This document shows positions 59,343 to 64,000 of a DNA stretch of 64,000 nt, piece by piece. The position numbers were made by a program, and so were the translations under genes. Under the pieces are notes generated by a model. The model made no database searches. It saw only the letters and a program-made list of their open reading frames with translations, and was not told the DNA's origin. This DNA comes from Planctomycetota bacterium (GTDB taxonomy: Bacteria > Planctomycetota > UBA8108 > SXIK01): positions 2,048,001 to 2,112,000 of the forward strand of contig OZ244999.1 of assembly GCA_965223265.1 (NCBI GenBank), given 5' to 3'. The first letter of the stretch is position 1. Each line of letters starts with the position of its first letter.

Positions 59343-60388
59343 GTATCGCCAAAGCATCGTCTGCAACCGCTGCGAACCGCGGGCCGCGCGACACGGCGCT
59401 CTTGGAGAGTTTCGCCGCGCCGCCGGCTTGGAAGCTGGAAGACGACGCGTTGCCTGAGGTGCGTCGTCTGCAGGAGGAAATCCGTGCGCTCGCATCGGAG
59501 AAGCGCGCTATCATTCTCGCCCATAACTATCAGCTCCCTCAGGTGCAGGACATCGCCGACTATTTGGGTGATTCACTCGGTCTGGCGATGGAAGCCCAGA
59601 AGACGGGTGCCGAAAGGATCGTGTTCTGCGGCGTGCACTTTATGGCGGAGTCGGCCAAGATTCTCAATCCCGACAAGAAGGTGTTGCTCCCGAATCTGTC
59701 CGCCGGCTGTTCGCTAGCTGACTCGATCAGCGCTGAGTCGCTGGAGGAGTGGAAGGAGCGTTACCCAGGGTACGCCGTCGTCACGTACATCAACAGCACC
59801 GCCGAAGTGAAGGCGCTGTCCGACGTTTGTTGCACATCGGCCAACGCGGTGAGTGTCGTGCGGCAGTTTCCGTCTGATCGCATTCTCTTCACGCCTGACC
59901 GTAATCTTGGCGAGTGGGTCAAGCGTCAAGTGCCTGAGAAGGAAATCGTCATCTATGACGGAGCGTGTCCGACGCACGACGTTCTTCGCGGCGCCAGTCT
60001 CGATAAGGAGCGTCAAGGCCATCCAGAGGCCATCGTGATTGCTCACCCGGAGTGTCGAGAGGACGTTTTGCAGCTCGCCGACGAAATCTGCTCGACGAGT
60101 GGCATGGTCGATGCCGTGGCGCGGCATCCAAACACGAAGACGTTCATCGTCGCGACCGAATGGTCGATCGTTTATCGGCTCCAAAAACTCTACCCGGATC
60201 GGGAGTTCGTGGTTGCTGATGGCTGCATCGGCTGCCGCCTCCACTGCCCATACATGAAGATGATCGACCTGCCCGCGATCAAACGCTCGCTGGTGAGAGA
60301 CGTCGTGGAAATCGACGTTGAGGCGGACGTCATGGAGGGCGCGAGACGCAGCCTTGAGCGCATGTTGGCGATCCCGCGTGATCATTGA
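59339..60388 (+). CDS. nadA: Quinolinate synthase
   Basis: ILAHNYQ, GDSLGL, FCGVHFMAE, AGCSLA, CPTH, AHPEC, CPYMK. Confidence 0.96.
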   Translation: MSIAKASSATAANRGPRDTALLESFAAPPAWKLEDDALPEVRRLQEEIRALASEKRAIILAHNYQLPQVQDIADYLGDSLGLAMEAQKTGAERIVFCGVHFMAESAKILNPDKKVLLPNLSAGCSLADSISAESLEEWKERYPGYAVVTYINSTAEVKALSDVCCTSANAVSVVRQFPSDRILFTPDRNLGEWVKRQVPEKEIVIYDGACPTHDVLRGASLDKERQGHPEAIVIAHPECREDVLQLADEICSTSGMVDAVARHPNTKTFIVATEWSIVYRLQKLYPDREFVVADGCIGCRLHCPYMKMIDLPAIKRSLVRDVVEIDVEADVMEGARRSLERMLAIPRDH

Positions 60389-60528
60389 GCGGGCCGGACA
60401 GCCCCGGATGAGTGGCGCGCACGACGCGAGGCGGTCGTTTGCGTCGGGCCAGACTGGACGACAGGACCCCTAGGAAAAGCTAAGACGACGCCGCCGCTGG
60501 TCGCGCCGCGTTGGGAGAGGTGTCAAGG

Positions 60529-61104
60529 ATGTTCGTTGCACTCGCGGCGTTGATCGTCGTCGACTGTGTGTTGATCATGATCACCGCGGCGGTTGGTCTC
60601 ACCCTCGAAGGCCGAGAGACGCTCCTACGTCACTTTCTCCTCGGGCTGTTCACCGTTTGCTTCACCTGCTTCATCCATGTGCTCGTCATGTTCTATTTGA
60701 TTGGCACCGGGAAAGACATTCGCGACGCCGTCGAGGATTCACCAGGGCTGCGGGAGAAGTTCATCCCGGTCACACGCCAGCTCAAGCGTCTTGTGTTTCC
60801 GCGCGCCTGCTTGGCGATTTTCTTGTCGATTCTGGGCGTTCTCATGGGGGGGGAGATCCACAGCCGCATCGTGAGCTATCAGCCAGCTGATGGCCTGTAC
60901 CCGATACGGGCCCTTTCAGGCTGGTGGATTCATGTCACCCTCATGGCGGCAGCGATCCTCGCGAACGTGTGGGCGTTCGTGGGCGAATGCCGTGCCGCAC
61001 GACTCAATCGAAGCGCCATTCAGGCGATCAATGCCGCGCTTGACCCTGATGCTGGAGCAGGGGGCGCCGCGGCTGCTGGCGTCGACCAAAGCGGGGTCAC
61101 GTAA
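60529..61104 (+). CDS. Hypothetical four-TM membrane protein
   Basis: Four hydrophobic segments containing His residues; lies between nadA and nuoA. Confidence 0.65.
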   Translation: MFVALAALIVVDCVLIMITAAVGLTLEGRETLLRHFLLGLFTVCFTCFIHVLVMFYLIGTGKDIRDAVEDSPGLREKFIPVTRQLKRLVFPRACLAIFLSILGVLMGGEIHSRIVSYQPADGLYPIRALSGWWIHVTLMAAAILANVWAFVGECRAARLNRSAIQAINAALDPDAGAGGAAAAGVDQSGVT

Positions 61105-61311
61105 CGCGGTTTGGCCCGGGGGCTGCGGCGAAAAAAATCATTGCAAAAGCGGCGGAACTCTTTACGCTCTTGCCGCTGGTGCGAACGTCTTTCTCTACGC
61201 CGCCTCGTTCCGAGTGCGGTCCGCGGGTGACGGGTGGTCCTACGGTCGCTTCATGCGCCGCGCCGGACACTCCTCCTCGTGCCGAGCCGCATTTTAAGAC
61301 GCAAAGAAACC

Positions 61312-61788
61312 ATGGGTTACGAACACGCAGCCGTCCTCGTCTTCTTCCTTTTCGGCCTCGTTTTTGTATTCGCCACGGTCGCGATCATCGGGCGCATCCT
61401 GCGACCCCGTGTTCACGATCCGGCCGAACCGGGCAAGCACGAAACCTATGAATGCGGTGAGCCGACCGTCGGATCGTCGTGGGTTCGCTTCGACATTCGT
61501 TTCTACACCGTCGCGTTGATCTTTCTGATCTTCGACGTTGAGGTCACCTTTCTCTACCCGTGGGCGCTGGTGTTTAAACCACTTCGTGAGGCGGGAAGCG
61601 GCCTTTTCGTCTTCGCGGAAGTCTTCTTGTTCCTTCTGATTCTGGGCGTCGGATTGATTTACTGTTGGCGCAAGGGTGACCTCGACTGGGTGAAAGCGAC
61701 TGACTTCACACGACGCCTCAACCAGCCGAAGCGGCGAACGGTAAGCGCCACCGGGCAACAGAGCGAAACGGCGGAGGCTGTCCGCTGA
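61312..61788 (+). CDS. nuoA: NADH-quinone oxidoreductase subunit A
   Basis: YECGE, FLIFDVE, PWA, WRKGDLDW. Confidence 0.95.
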   Translation: MGYEHAAVLVFFLFGLVFVFATVAIIGRILRPRVHDPAEPGKHETYECGEPTVGSSWVRFDIRFYTVALIFLIFDVEVTFLYPWALVFKPLREAGSGLFVFAEVFLFLLILGVGLIYCWRKGDLDWVKATDFTRRLNQPKRRTVSATGQQSETAEAVR

Positions 61789-61862
61789 ACGCCGTGGCTG
61801 GAGGCTCGACTACCGTCGTGGCAGGACGACTTGAACTAGCTGGCTGCAGGAAAAACTAACGG

Positions 61863-62408
61863 ATGAGCACGCCGGAAAACCTGAATCCTGATCCGCTCAC
61901 GAAGAACAACGTGTTTGTGAGTCGAGTCGACGACCTAATCAATTGGACTCGGGCTTCGTCGGTTTGGCCGTTGACGTTTGGTCTGGCTTGCTGCGCGATC
62001 GAAATGATGGCGACTGGTGCTTCGAAGTACGACATCGATCGTTTTGGGTCCGGGCCTTTCCGGGCGACGCCGCGACAGGCAGACTGCATGATCGTCGCCG
62101 GCACCGTCACCCACAAGATGGCGCCACGCGTCAAGCGACTCTACGACCAGATGCCGGAGCCGAAGTACGTCATCGCGATGGGGGGATGCGTCATTCGAGG
62201 CGGTCCATATGTCAAATACGGCTACCACGTAGTGAAGGGCGTAGACCTTTTGGTGCCCGTCGACGTGTACGTGCCCGGATGCCCGCCCAGGCCAGAGGCC
62301 CTACTCGAAGGGTTGTTCCGTGTTCAGAAGCTCATGCGACGCGAGAAGATTGCGGATCGAACGCGCCGCACGACAAAACCAGAGGTTTACGTGCCGCAGC
62401 AAGTTTGA
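61863..62408 (+). CDS. nuoB: NADH-quinone oxidoreductase subunit B
   Basis: [25 protein letters not shown]. Confidence 0.97.
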   Translation: MSTPENLNPDPLTKNNVFVSRVDDLINWTRASSVWPLTFGLACCAIEMMATGASKYDIDRFGSGPFRATPRQADCMIVAGTVTHKMAPRVKRLYDQMPEPKYVIAMGGCVIRGGPYVKYGYHVVKGVDLLVPVDVYVPGCPPRPEALLEGLFRVQKLMRREKIADRTRRTTKPEVYVPQQV

Positions 62409-62486
62409 GAGCGACGGGACGAAGGCTAGCGCATCGTTTGCGCGGCCGTAGGCGAACAGGAAACTCAGAGGCAAGGACGACAGCGA

Positions 62487-62975
62487 ATGGGATTGGCGCG
62501 AGAAGCAATCCACGATCGGATCAAAGAGCAGTTTGGCGATGCCGTGGTCGATGACCAGCGCGACGTCCCGGACCCGTTTGTCGTCGTTGCAGCGGAGCGG
62601 CTAAAGGAGGTTGCCCTTTTCTGTCGCGATGACGCCGAATTGTCGTTTGATCTCCTCAATCTCGTCTCCGGGGTCGATTACCCGGACCGCGACACGATTG
62701 AGGTCGTCTACGCGCTCGACTCCACCGCGCAGAAGCATCGGCTGATACTCAAAGTGGCATTGCCTCGGGCGAAACCCGAGGTGGCAACTGTCGAGGACGT
62801 GTGGCGTACCGCCGACTGGCAAGAGAGGGAAACGTTCGACCTCATGGGCGTGAACTTCGTTGGGCACCACAATCTCGTTCGTATCCTATGTGCCGAAGAT
62901 TGGGAGGGGCACCCGCTGCGAAAGGACTACGTGATTCCTGACACCTACCGCGGCATCAAGAACGTTGTTTACTGA
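62487..62975 (+). CDS. nuoC: NADH-quinone oxidoreductase subunit C
   Basis: ERETFDLMG..F.GH, GHPLRKDY. Confidence 0.95.
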   Translation: MGLAREAIHDRIKEQFGDAVVDDQRDVPDPFVVVAAERLKEVALFCRDDAELSFDLLNLVSGVDYPDRDTIEVVYALDSTAQKHRLILKVALPRAKPEVATVEDVWRTADWQERETFDLMGVNFVGHHNLVRILCAEDWEGHPLRKDYVIPDTYRGIKNVVY

Positions 62976-63104
62976 ACGGGGTGTTCGTGGCGGTGCGCGG
63001 GTGGGGATACAAGGACTGGTTGGGCGACTGACAGAACGTACGACGCGACGTTTCTGAAGCATCGAAAAGATCGACGAGATCGACAGGAGGTTCGGTAGCT
63101 CGCT

Positions 63105-64000
63105 ATGGAAAGTTCGGTTGCGAACTCGGTGATTCGCGACATCCGCACGGAAGAGATGCTCCTCAACATGGGGCCCCAACACCCGAGCACGCATGGCGTG
63201 TTTCGCGTGGTGATCCGTACGGACGGAGAGATGATTCTGGAATCCGAATCGCACGTTGGCTACTTGCACCGCTGCTTCGAGAAGTGCGCCGAAGGAAACA
63301 ACTACCTGCAGGTCGTCCCCTACACCGATCGAATGGACTACCTCTGCGCGATGGCAAATAACCTCGGTTACGCGGAGGCGGTTGAGAAGCTGCTGCCGAA
63401 GACCGAAGTGCCTGAGCGAGCGCAGTACATTCGAGTCATGGTGACGGAGCTCAATCGTATCGCCAGTCACTTGATTGCCTTCGGCACCTACGGTCTCGAT
63501 CTTGGCGCGATCACCCCGTTCCTGTATGCCTGGCGTGATCGCGAGAAGATTCTGAAGATTTTCGAGAAGCTTTGCGGCCAGCGTCTCAACTACAGCTACA
63601 TCCGCGTCGGCGGTGTCACGTTCGACATGACTGACGAGATCCTCGAGGATATCCAGTCATTCGTAGACTACTTTGATCCGGCGATCATCGACGAATACGA
63701 CGCGCTGCTGTCGTACAACGGCATCTTCATTTCGCGGACGGCCAACGTCGGAGTGTTGCCGCTCGACTTGGCAATCAGCCACGGCATAACGGGTCCGTCG
63801 CTTCGTGGCTCCGGGTTGGCGCGCGATCTGCGCCGTGACGAGCCGTATTCGATCTACGACCGCTTCGACTTCGACATTCCTGTCGGTAGTGGCGAAATGG
63901 GAACGCTCGGGGACTGCTGGGACCGCTACATCGTGAGAATCCGCGAGATGCGGGAGAGCTGTAAGATTATCCGTCAAGCCGTCGCCGGAATTCCAGAGGG
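63105..64000 (+). CDS. nuoD: NADH-quinone oxidoreductase subunit D (partial, runs off the window)
   Basis: Translated by eye from ATG 63105: LNMGPQHPSTHGVFR..GYLHR..EK..DRMDY; AGGAGG upstream; absent from the ORF track because there is no stop. Confidence 0.93.
   Translation, partial: MESSVANSVIRDIRTEEMLLNMGPQHPSTHGVFRVVIRTDGEMILESESHVGYLHRCFEKCAEGNNYLQVVPYTDRMDYLCAMANNLGYAEAVEKLLPKTEVPERAQYIRVMVTELNRIASHLIAFGTYGLDLGAITPFLYAWRDREKILKIFEKLCGQRLNYSYIRVGGVTFDMTDEILEDIQSFVDYFDPAIIDEYDALLSYNGIFISRTANVGVLPLDLAISHGITGPSLRGSGLARDLRRDEPYSIYDRFDFDIPVGSGEMGTLGDCWDRYIVRIREMRESCKIIRQAVAGIPE

Noticed and set aside
1-64000. tRNA or rRNA genes, prophage or integrase
   Set aside because: No cloverleaf, rRNA-like or phage hallmark sequence recognised by eye; a tRNAscan/Infernal run would be needed to exclude them fully.

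Overview
GC-rich bacterial chromosome segment, most likely Planctomycetota (inferred from the many secreted proteins with planctomycete-type dockerin-like tails and the REP type). Housekeeping genes: rny-ymdB, xseA-xseB-dxs-dtd, a J-domain gene, manC, ruvX, rpsO-pnp, dsbD-like, trxA, iscU-like, tyrS, a degenerate cysS paralog, a complete Na+-NQR operon (nqrA-F, apbE, nqrM), nadA and nuoA-D (nuoD partial). Eight secreted proteins with dockerin-like Ca-binding motifs are interspersed. Most notable signals: (1) a dispersed composite element in three copies (about 13.7, 25.6 and 45.5 kb), each a conserved ~34-49 bp leader followed by a GTGnGn hexamer tract and then a TCYGnn hexamer tract; one copy sits directly upstream of a four-helix-bundle (IVS/Avd-like) gene and another carries an array of four identical 44-bp GTAG REP hairpins; (2) an intact IS110/IS1111-type element whose 3' non-coding region has segments matching its own ends and insertion site (bridge/seekRNA candidate); (3) a secreted, dockerin-tailed dikinase with glucan-water-dikinase-like domain order, flanked by DUF1566 proteins; (4) a CysRS paralog lacking HIGH/KMSKS; (5) a small RHH-like gene coupled to nadA. 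All calls come from manual reading of motifs; no database searches were run.
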